Positions 34,855 through 47,699 of a stretch of DNA of 64,000 nt are shown here, one piece after another. The notes under the pieces were generated by a model. That model saw only the letters and a list, made by a program, of their open reading frames with translations. It was not told the origin of the DNA and searched no databases. The translations under genes were made by a program, and so were the position numbers. The stretch is taken from contig OZ004609.1 in assembly GCA_963924565.1 (NCBI GenBank), forward strand, positions 10,788,001-10,852,000. Direction: 5' to 3'. This DNA is from Ascidiella aspersa. Taxonomy: Eukaryota. Numbering within the stretch: position 1 is the stretch's first letter; every line of letters starts with the position of its first letter.

Positions 34855-35836
34855 CAGGGCTGCCACTCCTAGTGGTTTTCCACTAGATCTAGTGGTTTTT
34901 ATAACCTTGAAATGGAGTAATAAACTTTAAGTTATTTCCCGGCTTCCATTGTTAAAAATGGAAAAGTGAATGAAAAATTCCCTTTTAAATCAAATGGAAA
35001 AGCCTGATCGTGTTTGGTGATCGTCGATGGCTCGATGCTTGTTAATAACAAGTTTCTATACTGATTACTGTTAGTGTCGAGCAGCAGACTATATTTAGAA
35101 GTTTGTACAGCTGTAGTGCTGCACTTTGTAGGGTGCTAAAGGGAGAAGAGGGGAGTGAGAGAGGAAGCAGGTCTAGGTAGGGTATATAGGTAAAAATGAT
35201 AAATTAGCCGGCAAAATAAAAATTCCTTTTTCAAAAAGTCGACCTCTAGGGAGGAATTTTTGGCAATCTCTGGCTAGGACCCTCAGGGTCAGTTATACTC
35301 ATTTATAGTGAATACTTTACAGTTCAATTGATATCATATTCGAAGTGTGACGTAACTCCACCACGAAAAAACATGTTTTTATCGCCTGTTTAGCCGTGAA
35401 TTAGTTGTATAATGACAATTTAAAGCCTGACTGAAACCGGATAAGACTGATAGATATACAGCAATATGCCAAGCTTGCTATAAAGTTAAAACAACCACAA
35501 GTGGCGTTTAATGTACCGTACAAAGACAGTGTTAAGCATAAAAGAATAATACTGCCTAACTCAAAACCACTGTTGCTACATTTTTTTATGTAGGTGCCTT
35601 AATATTCAACAAAAAACAGTAATAAAAGCAGAGCTTTTGTTGTGTATATTTAGCAAATAGTACAGCTTTAATAACGCAATTATGGCACACAGACTTAAAA
35701 AATAGTCTGTTTTACATTTTATTAAACGTCTGGAGATGTTAAATCAACATAAAAATGGCAATATGTTGTCGCGATCACAATCTAGTGGTTTTTCTCCGGA
35801 TCTAGTGTTTTTTTAATTTTGATAGTGGCAGCCCTG
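34855..35836. mobile_element. Non-autonomous hAT element (982 bp)
   Basis: 13-bp TIR CAGGGCTGCCACT and 8-bp TSD GTATTGTG. It interrupts a repeat that is contiguous at ~20020-20040. Confidence 0.92.
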
Positions 35837-36786
35837 GTATTGTGTATTAAAGTACTAAGCATACCAACATCACACTAATCCCCTAAAATTCGGTAAAATA
35901 ATTACCAAATATTGTCATAAAGACAATTTTAAGATATCTCTCCTATAAGCCGTAATGCAAATTTTGCGCATTTCAGGAACCTTTCAAGATGGCGTCAGAG
36001 CTTTCTAATTGGCTTCAAAAACCGCTCACGCGTGCCGTTAGTTGCGCTATCCAGGTTTCATTGAGATCAGCGATGTCAACTTGACACCCAAAACAATTTA
36101 TATGTCCACAGTACCCTCTTTATAACACTGGTCAGAATTTGTTATCTTAACTACAAAATGGCCTTTTCAAGGCAAAATTCCTCGAAGCTGTCTTTTTTAG
36201 AGTCTGTTGGCCTTAGAAATTTGTTTTTTTTAATTTACTCTTCAAAATTCCCGATAAATATTTCTCATATATCGTAATCTTACCAGATGAAATGACATAT
36301 TCATCATGTGACGCAGGTTAAAGTATCATCTATTCCTATGGGATGGTTTCCACCACTAGGGGTCGCGCGGACCGACTCAGATGAAGGCGCATATTTTCAT
36401 AATGTAAGAGATAGGCTGTCTGTGTCAAATATGGGCTAAAATTAAATTATAAAGGTTTTGTTGCGGTCTTTTTGAGGTAAAACAATAGAAAATGTTGTGG
36501 AACGCAACCGCGCCATTCCCGAGCACGCGGCTCGAGGCATTCTTGTGTTATTTTAATTGCTATGCGTTGTTTGTGTGTACGCGCTTGATTTGTGCCTACT
36601 GCCGGAATGTAATTGGTGTGTTTGTAATTACTTCGTGAGCCTATAAAAGGCTGTTCACTTACTACTACGTTACCATTCCATTTTACTGATTTCGACTGAA
36701 TACAACTTAAGTTACAACAAACTGTGCTTATTTGGACTCTGTAAAGAAGCAAGGCGCAAACGTGATTGAAAACACAACAGAGTTTT

Positions 36787-36804
36787 TGGCGACGAGGATG
36801 GGAT
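36787..36804 (+). promoter_or_regulatory. Primer-binding site complementary to the tRNA-Ser(GCU) 3' end
   Basis: TGGCGACGAGGATGGGAT is the reverse complement of ATCCCATCCTCGTCGCCA. Confidence 0.85.
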
Positions 36805-36845
36805 CGGTCAACTGAACAACTTTCAATCTCAACGTTTGTGTCAAT

Positions 36846-39800
36846 ATGGAGAAGCTATTGGAGACGATGCAGAAGCAGATGAAACAGCAACAACGACAGC
36901 ATGAAGAGCAACAACGACAGCATGAAGAGCAACAACGACAGCATGAAGAGCAAATGAATCTTATCCTGTCTGTGTTGGAAAGGTCTTCTGGTCCCGCTGT
37001 TACCAATTCTAATGTTGCTGCACCTAGCTTTAACCCTTTTGATTCTACGACAGAATTGTGGGATGACTACTGGTCTCGCTTCTCAACATTTATGAAGGCT
37101 CATGCAATATCCGAGAAGAGGGTTGCCCAAGTGTTTTTAACGAACCAAACCACGACAACTTACAAGCTGCTGTCCAATTTAGCAGGACAAAGTTCGCCAG
37201 CGAAAGACGTCAACGATCTAACAATGAATGAGATTGAAGGCTTCATGAAAGATCAATTTGATCCCAAGCGTTTTATTATTCGCGAAAGGTTTCGGTTTTG
37301 GAGCAACATGAAGCGCAAGCCAGGTGAAACGGTGCAAGAATTAGCCGCCCGTATTCGTCACGATGCTGCTACTTGCGATTTCACCTCTATCAAAGATCCG
37401 TTGGATGAAGCTTTACGAACCAGGCTCATCTGTTCAATATCCAATGAAGCGGTGTTGAAGGCCATGTTCAAACTCAAGTCAGATGAACTTACTTTCTCTC
37501 GTGCGATTGAGGTTGCCATGCAGACGGAGGATGCGGCGCAAGTTGCCAAGGAAACCGTCTATGGGACGAGCGGTTCTGTGCGTAAGGTGCGCGGATCCAA
37601 GAAGCAGTTTACAAAATCCGCACCGAATGAGAAGCCCAAAGAAGCTGCCCGGTGTTATCGCTGTGGGAAAACTGGTCATTTTGCGCCGGTTTGCCGTCAC
37701 AAGAATGCGACGTGTCGATATTGCAATCGTATAGGTCATACTGAAGATGCTTGCCGTAAGAAGAAGTCCGATGTGGTCAATTCGAGGACGAATGTTCATT
37801 TGCTGAAGTCAATTTCCACTCGTTCCCCACTAAACAAGTTGAAGGTTGTGGTATCACTTTTTGGCAAATTTTGCGAATTTGAGCTGGATACAGCAACCAG
37901 TGGAAATTTCTTGTCTGTCCACGATTGGAAGAGAATCGGGTCGCCTAAGCTTGGCGCTCCTGATCGACGTTTTAATTCTGCGACAGAGCACCCAGTGCCT
38001 TTGTTGGGTATGTTTACGACGCCAACTACTTATGGTGGTCGAGTCTTTGATCAAGATTTCTTTGTCACGAAAGTTCCATGCTTAAATTTGCTTGGTCGCA
38101 ATGCCATATGTTCTTTGGAGATTTCGGTTGACGACATACTGCATCATTCATCTTCCAAAGATTGCGTGAATTCCGTTGTTACTTCGGGCGACCAACTCTA
38201 TCTGCCTTTACAAGATGCTTGCCGAGGTCTTTGCAACGAGTTTAAAGACATTTTCAAACCTGAACTGGGTTGCTTGAAAGGTTTAGAGCTTGAAGTGAAG
38301 TTTCAAGCGGAGGCTAAACCGGTTTTCTTTAAGCACCGTTCTGTGCCATTTGCGCTACAAGAAGAAGATGTTGCCCGTGGATATGACGCGGGAATTGCCC
38401 GAGGAATCTGGACTCCAGTCAAGTTCAATGACTGGGGTACACCGATGGTTCCTGTTCGAAAAGCACCGTTGTCAACTCACAACAGGCCACGGCTAAGACT
38501 TTGCGGGGATTACTCAGCCACGGTAAATCCCCAATTGGCACTCCATCGACATCCACTACCTCTTCCAGATACGTTGATGCAGAAACTTCGAGGAGGATTT
38601 GGTTTCACAAAAATCGATCTTGCTGATGCATACAACCAAATACGTCTAGGTCCCGAAAGCCGGAAAAGGTTGGCGTTGAGCACTCACCGAGGTGTCTTGC
38701 TGCAAAATGTATTACCGTTTGGCATCACCTCGGCTCCGGGATACTTTCAACAGATTATGGACGAACTGACGCAAGATCTTCCTGGAGTGGCTGTATATCT
38801 TGATGATTTACTTGTCAGCGGTTCATCGGCAAAAGATCACTTAAACAATCTCCGTCAATTGCTTCAACGTTTAAGTGAGAAGGGGCTTCGCTGTCGTTTC
38901 GAGAAATGCAAGTTTGCACAACCCACAGTTGAATACTTGGGTCATTTACTTCATAAAGACGGCATCAGGAAAGCTTCCAAACTCGATGCTGTGCTCAATA
39001 TGCCTGCACCGAAAAACGCATCGGCACTACGTTCGTTTCTTGGGTCGGTTCAATTTTATAGTAAATTTTTGCCACCAAGTTTTTCTTCCATTGCTGAACC
39101 TCTGTATCGTCTGACTCGAGACAAAGTTCTTTGGAGTTGGAATAACGAAGAATCAAAAGCTTTCCGTCAATTGAAGACATGGCTGTCTTCTCACAATGTT
39201 TTAACTTACTTTGATCCCTCTCTTCCTATTGGGATATCTTGTGATGCGTCAAATGTGGGCATTGGTGTCGTACTTTTTCATCGCTATTCGGACGGAAGCG
39301 AAAGGCCAATTGCCAATGTCTCAAAGTTGCTCTCCTCCAGTCAGCGCAACTACAGCCAAATTCAAAAAGAGGCTCTTTCAATTATCTTCGCACTGAAGAA
39401 ATTTTACCAGTATCTTTTTGGTCGTGAATTCATTCTTGTCACCGACCACAAGCCACTGTTGGCACTTTTTGGTCCTACAAAGCCAACTCCTCCACTTGCG
39501 GCAAATCGGTTAGCACGATGGGCGCTTTTCCTTGGTCAGTTTAAATACAAAATCGAGTACAGGAAGACCGCCAGTCACCAGAACGCCGATGCACTCAGCC
39601 GGTTACCAGAAGGGGAAGATGCCTATTTTGACAAAGAGGAAACTACAGATGATGTCGACACTGTTTGCACCATCACTACGCTAAGTCGTCAAGTCCAGCC
39701 CACAGACCCCAACACCATGAAAAAGGAATCCGGAAAAGATGATGTTCTTTCCCGAGTCATGCGTTTTGTCCAACACGGTTGGCCAACAACTTTTTCCTCA

Positions 39801-39857
39801 AATGACCCAGCTGCAAAGTTTCGCAGGTCTGCTGATTTATTCATGCTACTTCATTGA
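36846..39857 (+). CDS. Gag-protease-RT-RNase H polyprotein
   Basis: Two CCHC knuckles, protease LDTAT, RT YLDD, RNase H CDAS...QKEAL...TDHKPL, and a 21-bp tandem repeat (QQRQHEE x3) at the N-terminus. Confidence 0.95.
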   Translation: MEKLLETMQKQMKQQQRQHEEQQRQHEEQQRQHEEQMNLILSVLERSSGPAVTNSNVAAPSFNPFDSTTELWDDYWSRFSTFMKAHAISEKRVAQVFLTNQTTTTYKLLSNLAGQSSPAKDVNDLTMNEIEGFMKDQFDPKRFIIRERFRFWSNMKRKPGETVQELAARIRHDAATCDFTSIKDPLDEALRTRLICSISNEAVLKAMFKLKSDELTFSRAIEVAMQTEDAAQVAKETVYGTSGSVRKVRGSKKQFTKSAPNEKPKEAARCYRCGKTGHFAPVCRHKNATCRYCNRIGHTEDACRKKKSDVVNSRTNVHLLKSISTRSPLNKLKVVVSLFGKFCEFELDTATSGNFLSVHDWKRIGSPKLGAPDRRFNSATEHPVPLLGMFTTPTTYGGRVFDQDFFVTKVPCLNLLGRNAICSLEISVDDILHHSSSKDCVNSVVTSGDQLYLPLQDACRGLCNEFKDIFKPELGCLKGLELEVKFQAEAKPVFFKHRSVPFALQEEDVARGYDAGIARGIWTPVKFNDWGTPMVPVRKAPLSTHNRPRLRLCGDYSATVNPQLALHRHPLPLPDTLMQKLRGGFGFTKIDLADAYNQIRLGPESRKRLALSTHRGVLLQNVLPFGITSAPGYFQQIMDELTQDLPGVAVYLDDLLVSGSSAKDHLNNLRQLLQRLSEKGLRCRFEKCKFAQPTVEYLGHLLHKDGIRKASKLDAVLNMPAPKNASALRSFLGSVQFYSKFLPPSFSSIAEPLYRLTRDKVLWSWNNEESKAFRQLKTWLSSHNVLTYFDPSLPIGISCDASNVGIGVVLFHRYSDGSERPIANVSKLLSSSQRNYSQIQKEALSIIFALKKFYQYLFGREFILVTDHKPLLALFGPTKPTPPLAANRLARWALFLGQFKYKIEYRKTASHQNADALSRLPEGEDAYFDKEETTDDVDTVCTITTLSRQVQPTDPNTMKKESGKDDVLSRVMRFVQHGWPTTFSSNDPAAKFRRSADLFMLLH

Positions 39858-40663
39858 TGACGTCCAAGGCGACCATGAACTTGCTCGAAGAAGACTTTGC
39901 ACATTTTGGTTATCCACACACTATCGTCTCAGATAACGCGCAGGCTTTCGTTTCTGCCGAGTTCCAGGATTTCTGCCGGCAGAGGGGTATTGTTCATCTA
40001 ACGGGTGCGCTTTATCACTCGTCCACAAATGGCGCCGCCGAACGGCTAGTTCAAACGTTCAAAAAGGCAATGAAGAAGTCAGAGAAACCCCCGAAAGAAG
40101 CTTTACAGGAGTTTCTTCTTCAGTACCGAAGAACCCCCAATTCTAGCGATTTCTCCCCGAGCGAGCTACTTAACGCTCGACAAATTCGATCGCTCATAGA
40201 CACGATGGTACCATCACCTACACATGTCTTGCAACGCCAGCAACAAAATTCCGTGTCGAAGAACAACAAACCAGTGCGTATTAGTTTTCGAAATGGTGAT
40301 CCATGTTACGCGCAATATTTTGGATCTAGACATGATGGTTCGAAAAGATGGGTTCCTGCCACTATTGTTAAATGCTGTGGGAGTAGAACATTTAACGTGA
40401 GAGTATTTCCTCGTGGTCCAATCTGGAGACGTCACCTTGACCAACTTCGCCCTAGATACCCTAATGAAGACGATGACCCGGGTGAGCCTGAACTTTCATG
40501 TCCGTCAGAGCATATTCCCCTGGTCCCGTACACTCATATACCGGCATCATCCTCACCTACTCCTCCTGATTCCCCGAGGTTTGGTCCCGACAATCCCCGT
40601 CGCTCGAAGAGACAACGTCTACAGCCGAGGAGGTTCGGCTACGGTGTTCTGGGTGGACAATAA
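39840..40663 (+). pseudogene. Integrase C-terminal part (HHCC and first catalytic Asp missing)
   Basis: IVSDNAQAF, NGAAERLVQTFK, YRRTP, SPSELL. Out of frame with the upstream pol. Confidence 0.88.
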
Positions 40664-41195
40664 TTTAAAAGGGGAGGTGTTGTGGAACGCAACCGCGCCA
40701 TTCCCGAGCACGCGGCTCGAGGCATTCTTGTGTTATTTTAATTGCTATGCGTTGTTTGTGTGTACGCGCTTGATTTGTGCCTACTGCCGGAATGTAATTG
40801 GTGTGTTTGTAATTACTTCGTGAGCCTATAAAAGGCTGTTCACTTACTACTACGTTACCATTCCATTTTACTGATTTCGACTGAATACAACTTAAGTTAC
40901 AACAAACTGTGCTTATTTGGACTCTGTAAAGAAGCAAGGCGCAAACGTGATTGAAAACACAACAGAAAAAATAGTTCAGACACCGTATGACATCAAATGT
41001 TTTTCGTTTCACATTCGAAAGCGGGAAGTTTCGTCCTATTGTGTACTGCAGTCTAGAACAACGTTATTCGTAGGGACGTATCGCGATTTTTATACAGTTT
41101 ACATATTGTGTTTGAAGATATCTTAGTTAGGATGTGCATGTCTAGAAGAGCTGAACCATGAACATCTTTAAAAAGTTCATTTTCTGGCTATTTTG

Positions 41196-41398
41196 GGCGC
41201 TGGTCTAAAATCCTACCACAGCATTGAAACAAGTATCAAAGTAACACACATTATTTGGGTTAGGGTGTCGGTTTGTGTTTTAATGAGGATTGGTCAAGTA
41301 TTATTATCTAATAGTATTGGTTAACCTACCCGACCCAAACGCTAACCCGCACCTTAACCTAATTATTTTTATTGTGCTAGGATTCTAGACCAGCCCTA
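41196..41398. mobile_element. Degenerate copy of the Merlin-like MITE
   Basis: GGCGCTGGTCTAAAATCCTAC ... TAGGATTCTAGACCAGC. No clear TSD. Confidence 0.7.
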
Positions 41399-41571
41399 AT
41401 TAGTGAAATTTTATTGCCCAGCACAAAAGTATGCAAAAAGTAACTGCTTTGACCAAGTATTTAACCTTGGTAAAACAAATAGGACACGACAGTAAACACG
41501 AAGAAAAAAACATTTATTACTAATTTTGTTAATACTCTTTTGTATTACATTTAATACTATAGTGCCCAATA

Positions 41572-43079
41572 ATGGCTACCAGTCATTGCTGTGTTCCAAA
41601 CTGCACAAACACTGGTGGACATAGATTTCCAAGAAATGAAAAACTCAAGCACAGATGGATTTTGGCAATCCGTAGAGTAATGACAACCAAGGGAGGTAAA
41701 GATTGGCAGCCTAAGAAATTTTCAACAGTTTGCCGTGAACATTTCTTGGAGGAAAACTACTTGTCAACTAACAAATACGGTATGCACATATTGAGTCAAA
41801 ACCCCTAAAAAAAAGTGATAGCAGTGGAGTTTATTTCTAAATTATTATACAGATTATGATTTTCTGAAATTAGTTTCAACAGGCTTTTTAGATCTTTCCT
41901 ATTTACTTTTCTATAGGAATAAAGCCACTTGTTAGAAGATTAAAACAAGGTTCAGTACCCAGCTTATTTTCTTGGTGCAAAGAAGGGAATACAACATCAG
42001 AGCGAGAGGTTAGGCTAGGCAAGCGTCACAGAGAAGATGGAGGAGAGACGTTGCTTTCTTTGACTGAGGCATCCATTGGAGCAGAAGAGGAGATTGAAAC
42101 TTTGGAAGAACATGCGTGTTTGTTATCAAACATGCTGTTACATGCTGCAACACAAACAGACCAGACAGGTCCAGCCACAATATTTAGTATTTCACACTTT
42201 ACAAGGGATCCAGATGGCATACAATTTTTTACTGGTCTGCCAAATTATGAAGCTTTTCAAGCAGTTTTCTACAGCTTAGGAGACTGTGTCAATAAGTTGG
42301 AGTATTTTTATCCATTGTCGTCTAATAATTTTTCCAGTGAAAATTTACTATTTATTGTTCTTATTAAGCTCCGGCAAGCCAAAACCAATTTTGAATTAAG
42401 TCGAATGTTTTCAATCAGTAAAAAAGATGTATATTCTATCATAGTAACTTGGATTCGTTTTTTAGGTTTACAATGGACAGAAATTGATTTATGGCCTAGC
42501 AAAAATTTAGTGAACTTTTATTTACCACTAAATTTTAAAATTGACTTTCCTGCAACCCGTATTATCATTGATGGCACAGAAATTGCAATTAAAAAACCTA
42601 AACAGCCATTTGCACAGCAAGTAACATTTTCAAAATATAAAAACAGAAATACAGCAAAGGTTTTAATTGGTGCAACCCCTGGCGGTTTAGTTTCATTTGT
42701 TTCACCAGTATATGGTGGGTCTGCCAGTGACAGACAGATTGTTGAGCGAAGCATGTTGCCTAGCATGTGTGATCCTAAAGATTCTGTCATGGCTGATAAG
42801 GGGTTTGATGTTCAAGATATATTTGCCTCATATGATGTAACGGTCAACATCCCTACTTTTTTTCGTAAAAAAAATAGAATGAATTTGTCCACCGTTTTAA
42901 GAGATAGAAAAATTTCAAGCAAACGCGTACACATTGAAAGAATAATTGGATTAGGAAAAACTTTTAAAATATTGCAAAAACCCCTAAATAATACTGAAAC
43001 TGAACTTTCAGATGACATTGTATTTATTTGTTTTATGTTGTGCAATTTTAGAAATAACATTATGTCAACAAAGGTTTAG
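41572..43079 (+). CDS. THAP + Harbinger-type DDE transposase, 2 exons (41572-41779, 41917-43079; ~456 aa)
   Basis: THAP CCVPNC..HRFP..W..VCREHF, with spliced LKQGSVPSLF in frame with IIDGTE, FSKYKNRNT, MADKGF, RVHIERIIG. Confidence 0.9.
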
Positions 43080-43373
43080 CCTATTAATAGTTTGTTCACT
43101 TTTTTCAAAGTTCTGTTCTTTTTAAGTTACTATAAAAATTATTTTGTACTTTTCTTTTGTTTTATTGGTACCATATGCAATAGAAGTAAATTCCTTATGC
43201 TTCACAAAACTGTGCTTGTCACTATGAAAACTATTTTACACTCTTCTTTGGTATTTCTTCAAAAATATACTTCACAGTGAAAGAAACTTGTATTGTATAT
43301 GCAATAGAGGAAGGAAAGTAACACTAAATAAATTACAGAAAACAAAAAAATAACAAATTGCAAAATGGGACTG

Positions 43374-45233
43374 TTATGGTTCACCAACAAAACTGTACTT
43401 GTCTTCATCATGGTACAAAATAGCATTTAGCATAGTGCGCTTAAAGTGCAGGTGAAAAAAGTGAAGAAGTTGCATAACCATATAGTATATGAATTCATCA
43501 TTTCGATTTATATGTATCACTTTAAAATCCTTTAGAGATAAAACCACAAAGTCACACCATTTTCTACCCGTGCAAAACAATACTCCTTGAATTTGATAAT
43601 AGTAATCATGGTTATTTTTTAAACACAGTACGCCATCACAGTATTCAAGATAAGGAACAGTTGATGGACTAATTTCGTAATTTCTAGATGTGTAAGGACA
43701 CTTTATTTCTATAGAACCATCATGTTGGACAAGGCCATCAGGTGAACAGGCCAAAAATGGATGAAGTTGGGACACGCAAAGACCTGTACTAGTTACTTTA
43801 TTTAAAGTATATTTTTCATAGGTTTCTCGTGCTTGTTGCTCATATAGCTTTCCATAATTAATGGCAGCAGAACAAAAGGTTTTACAAAACATAAGGCGAC
43901 GTGCAAGTTTGTCAAGATTAGTAGTTTGGGTTGATTTGCATATTTTACCAAAGTTTGAAGAAGTTATTCTTTTTCTGCGTTCATCAAACCATAATTGACA
44001 ATTACTTTGTAGTACTGTTTTGTTTGCAATTTCAAAAATACGGGATGATTTTATTGAAGTAACTTCTTCTTGGTCTAAAAAAATTTGCTCCGCATGGTTT
44101 TTTAAATAATCATGATCATCATAAATTGCATGTTTTTGTGCAGGTGAATAAAGTTGGCGAATTGGTGCATTATTATTACAACTATTTAAAACAACATTGC
44201 GAAAGATTGAATTATAGTTAGGTTTATTACGACAATAAACAGGGCGTGGGTCAAATAAACTTTTTTTCCTCAGAGATTTCTTTCTGAGTTTAAGTGATTT
44301 ACACTTAATTGGAGATCCAAAATAAGGTTTGCTGTGGTGAAAAGTTTGTAATTTCTGTGTACATGTTTCTCTTAGCAAGACCTGTTTTTTTGACGAAAAA
44401 TCTTCGAGGGCAAATAGTACACATAAAACATGCTTACAGTGTGCAGAAGGACCCATTCCTGCAGCACATTCACACTGTGATTTATGAATAACACCTAATT
44501 TATTTATCTCTATATCAATTAAGTAGGAGACAGCTTTTCTCATCTCAGCATGGCATCTTGATTGTACAAATGTATTTTCTTTGGCTTGTGCTACACGGAT
44601 GTACTGAATAAATTTCTCTTTGTACAATAAACTAGCTTTTTCTCCCCCAGCAGTTCCATATTGTGCAATAAAACTTCTGATTTGTTTCTGTGTTATTGTT
44701 GGAATCTGAAGAACAAAACAATATTAACTTAATACTGAACATCTACATTGCCAAATAACCTGCATATCTCAATCATATAGACGTTAGCAAACTGCGGCTC
44801 GCAAGCCATATGTGGTTTTTTGACATGCATTTTTTGGTTCTTTTATCCAAAGGGCAAATAGTGAGAGTTTTGTTTATTTATTCACAATTTAACAGCGCCA
44901 ACAAAACAAACATACCTTTGTATTTGAGTTTATATCTCTGTACTCAGTTGCTTCTGGAATCTCCATTGTATAATCCATATGTGGTAATGTAACACTTTGT
45001 CCGAAATTTGCATTTTTTTCATAACTTTCTAACCTGTAAGTATATATTCTTAATTTTCTACCAAATTGAGGTACTTATGATAAGTTAGACAATTTTGTTT
45101 ATTTAGTATTGTACAAAAACTAGAAAACAAATTACCGTTCTACTAAGTCGCCTTTCTTTCCGGTAGTTTTGGCTCCTCGTTTTCTTAGTTCTTCTCTTAA
45201 GTCTTTTATTTTCATTTGTCCAAAATGTGACAT
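43374..45233 (-). CDS. SAP-SWIM-YqaJ (lambda exonuclease-like) protein, 3 exons (45233-45136, 45033-44916, 44705-43374)
   Basis: SAP LREELRKRGAKTTGKKGDLVERL, SWIM CECAAG...CKH, RITSSNFG, LACSPDGL, EIKCP, YYYQIQG. Canonical splice sites keep the frame. Confidence 0.9.
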
Positions 45234-47699
45234 TCTCTGTATTCTGTTGCCCGCACTCTTCAGTTTAATAATATTATGTCTTGCTACAAATAACAGGTAT
45301 AAAGTAGTATATTTGTTAACTCCACAACTTTTATTTTTATTAAAAAACAATATGAATCATGTCTATTAGTATTGAACTCAAAACATCTCGCCTAAAATCT
45401 CCAGGCTAACTTTCATTGCTCTATACCTCGTATAATCAGTATTTTTAATACAGTTTACTATCTAGGCTTTTTAGCTATAACGAACGCGCACAAAACTTAA
45501 AAAACGATTATTTCGTCAAAATACACAACTAGTTTCAAAATGAAACTCGTTTTGTAAACAGTACTCCAACAAATTGGCGCAAACAACTCGCTTGAAAATG
45601 ACGGATTACCATTGTAAAAGATACGGGTTCGCGACTGATCATCTGACTCACGCAACGCCTCTAGTGGTGGAAACCATCCCATTGTATTATTAACCTATAT
45701 ATATTGCTAAAATTGAAAGGGTCGGTTTCTTTGTATAACCACTTGCGGTTCAAGGCTGATCCTTCCCCAAATTAAGCGTGGATGGAGAGAAAAATAAAAC
45801 TTGAAACTTAACCTATTATTGTTGACTTGATCCAAGATGAAGAGCTGGGAGAAATATTGTCACTAAAAGAGTGTAACGAAGAGGACGGTAGTGCTCTAGT
45901 TTTAATAGAGGAAATGTCGTTGAATTTAAAACTGGTCAGACCTTAGTCAGAGTGTTACGTCACCCGCCAAGTTTTGCTTGCTTAAAATTTGCTAATTATC
46001 TTACTACAATAACGCATTACGTCACACGGTGTTGTTTTTTACTGCTGCTAAATGCAGTTAGTATTTTTTCTTTGTGAACTACTTGTGTTGCTGGCTGGTT
46101 GGTACTATGTAACTCGTTTATTTAAATAAGACTGTTGAAAATGTTAACGCCGATAATTAAGCGACTGTTCCTAACAGTTCGAGTTAAATGTTAGATCTGT
46201 GGTGTGGGGGGGGTCAGTCCAAACACTACCGCGTGGAACCAGGTTAAGTGGCCAACATCGTGTTTATAAATCGCAAACTTCTGTTTTAACAAATCTCCAA
46301 ACCAGGTGGCCCTGGTGTAACAAGTTGTATTGTAAAGTTAAAAACCTCTCGCTCATCTAGAAATTGTGGACAGTAAACCGGCTACTACGTATTACGAACT
46401 CGGCGCCTTTACACGAGTAATTCATATTTTGTTTTATCTGGAGTAAATCGAATTGGAAAAAGTATCTTTCTTGCCAGGAATCGGCGGGTGGTACTCTTCT
46501 AACTGGGGTCTTTGGTTTTGACACTTTGCCCTCACAAACTAAATCCAAATACTGCCATCTATTTTATGGGGAAGATTGTTCAAAATTACACGGAGGTAAA
46601 ACCAATCCTTACAAGATGACCATTCAACCATCAGATCGACTTCTTGGTATATTTTTTAACTTTGTTTTGCACAATTTTTTTTAACATTACCACCCACCCT
46701 TGGGCCGAAGCGTAACCACCGCTGCCGGGCATGGGATGGCCCCCGAGTTACCATGGTGGCATACGACACACGAGGAAGTTTTCGATGATAATCCACTGCT
46801 AGGAAGGTATTATTACTAGAACCTGGCAGCGGACGAGATGTGGTGTGGTGCTCCTGGTGTCTTGTCGTCTTTGTAGTCTGCGCACTCCCGAGCGAATAGA
46901 GGGGCAGGGACACTCGTTTGGACTTCCCTTCTCTGAACCGTTCTGCCACCGCGAACGCACTTGATATTGGTGAAACATCTACCAACAAACACATAGTTAA
47001 ATTATAGAAACATGCCAACATCAATGCGGCAAATGTATTTTCTCTCGGTAAAATATAATATAAAAAAGGATCGAGTTCCACAATTTGTATAGGCCTAGTA
47101 ACGACTTTGACGGTGGTGCGCAGTGTAAAAATTTAATTTACGTTTATAATTCTTGTTACAAACATACTATATGTAACCAACGCGAGTGTATTGCTGGCGA
47201 CCCCTTACATTTTTCTGGTGTAAAAATATCTGTTTTTAGTTCTTTTTAATAATTCAGTATTTCTGCCTAGTGAGTGCACCTTATGTTGAGTAAAGTAACA
47301 GAAAACACAAAAATTCATTTTAATGTGATTTGTGAAGCAAGTTTTGAAATGTGTGTGTTTGTGCTTTTACCATCTCCATTCAATTAACGATCGGTTGAAA
47401 TTCATAGGCTGTCGTCGCAGGAAGTCGCTCACCTATACATGCCACACTTGTTCGGTAACGAAACTAATTTTTGTTTAACGCAGGTATTTTGCTGCAATAC
47501 AACAATAAATTATATGTATATATATATAACGATGGCAGCAAAGCACCGCTGTTTTCCAGGATGCACCAGGAACTCGAAAGTTTAAAAACATACGCAAACT
47601 ATCGTGCTTCACTGTGCGCAAGCTATGTTTGGCAACCAGCAATGAAAAAAGAATACACAGAGAGCAACTAACAAGGTTTTTATTGTCTATGCGCCATAT

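Larger units (their letters stand above)
36493..40964 (+). mobile_element. Ty3/Gypsy LTR retrotransposon (Mag-like)
   Basis: Identical 287-bp TG..CA LTRs (36493-36779, 40678-40964), TSD GAAAA, PBS, and PPT AAAAGGGGAGG (40667-40677). Confidence 0.97.
36340..45680. mobile_element. ISL2EU-type (Harbinger-related) DNA transposon carrying nested insertions
   Basis: Perfect 20-bp TIR GGGATGGTTTCCACCACTAG, AT on both sides, and convergent THAP-DDE and YqaJ genes inside. Confidence 0.9.

Noticed and set aside
46656-47081. 141-aa ORF in a GC-richer patch
   Set aside because: No recognisable motif; probably non-coding TE sequence.
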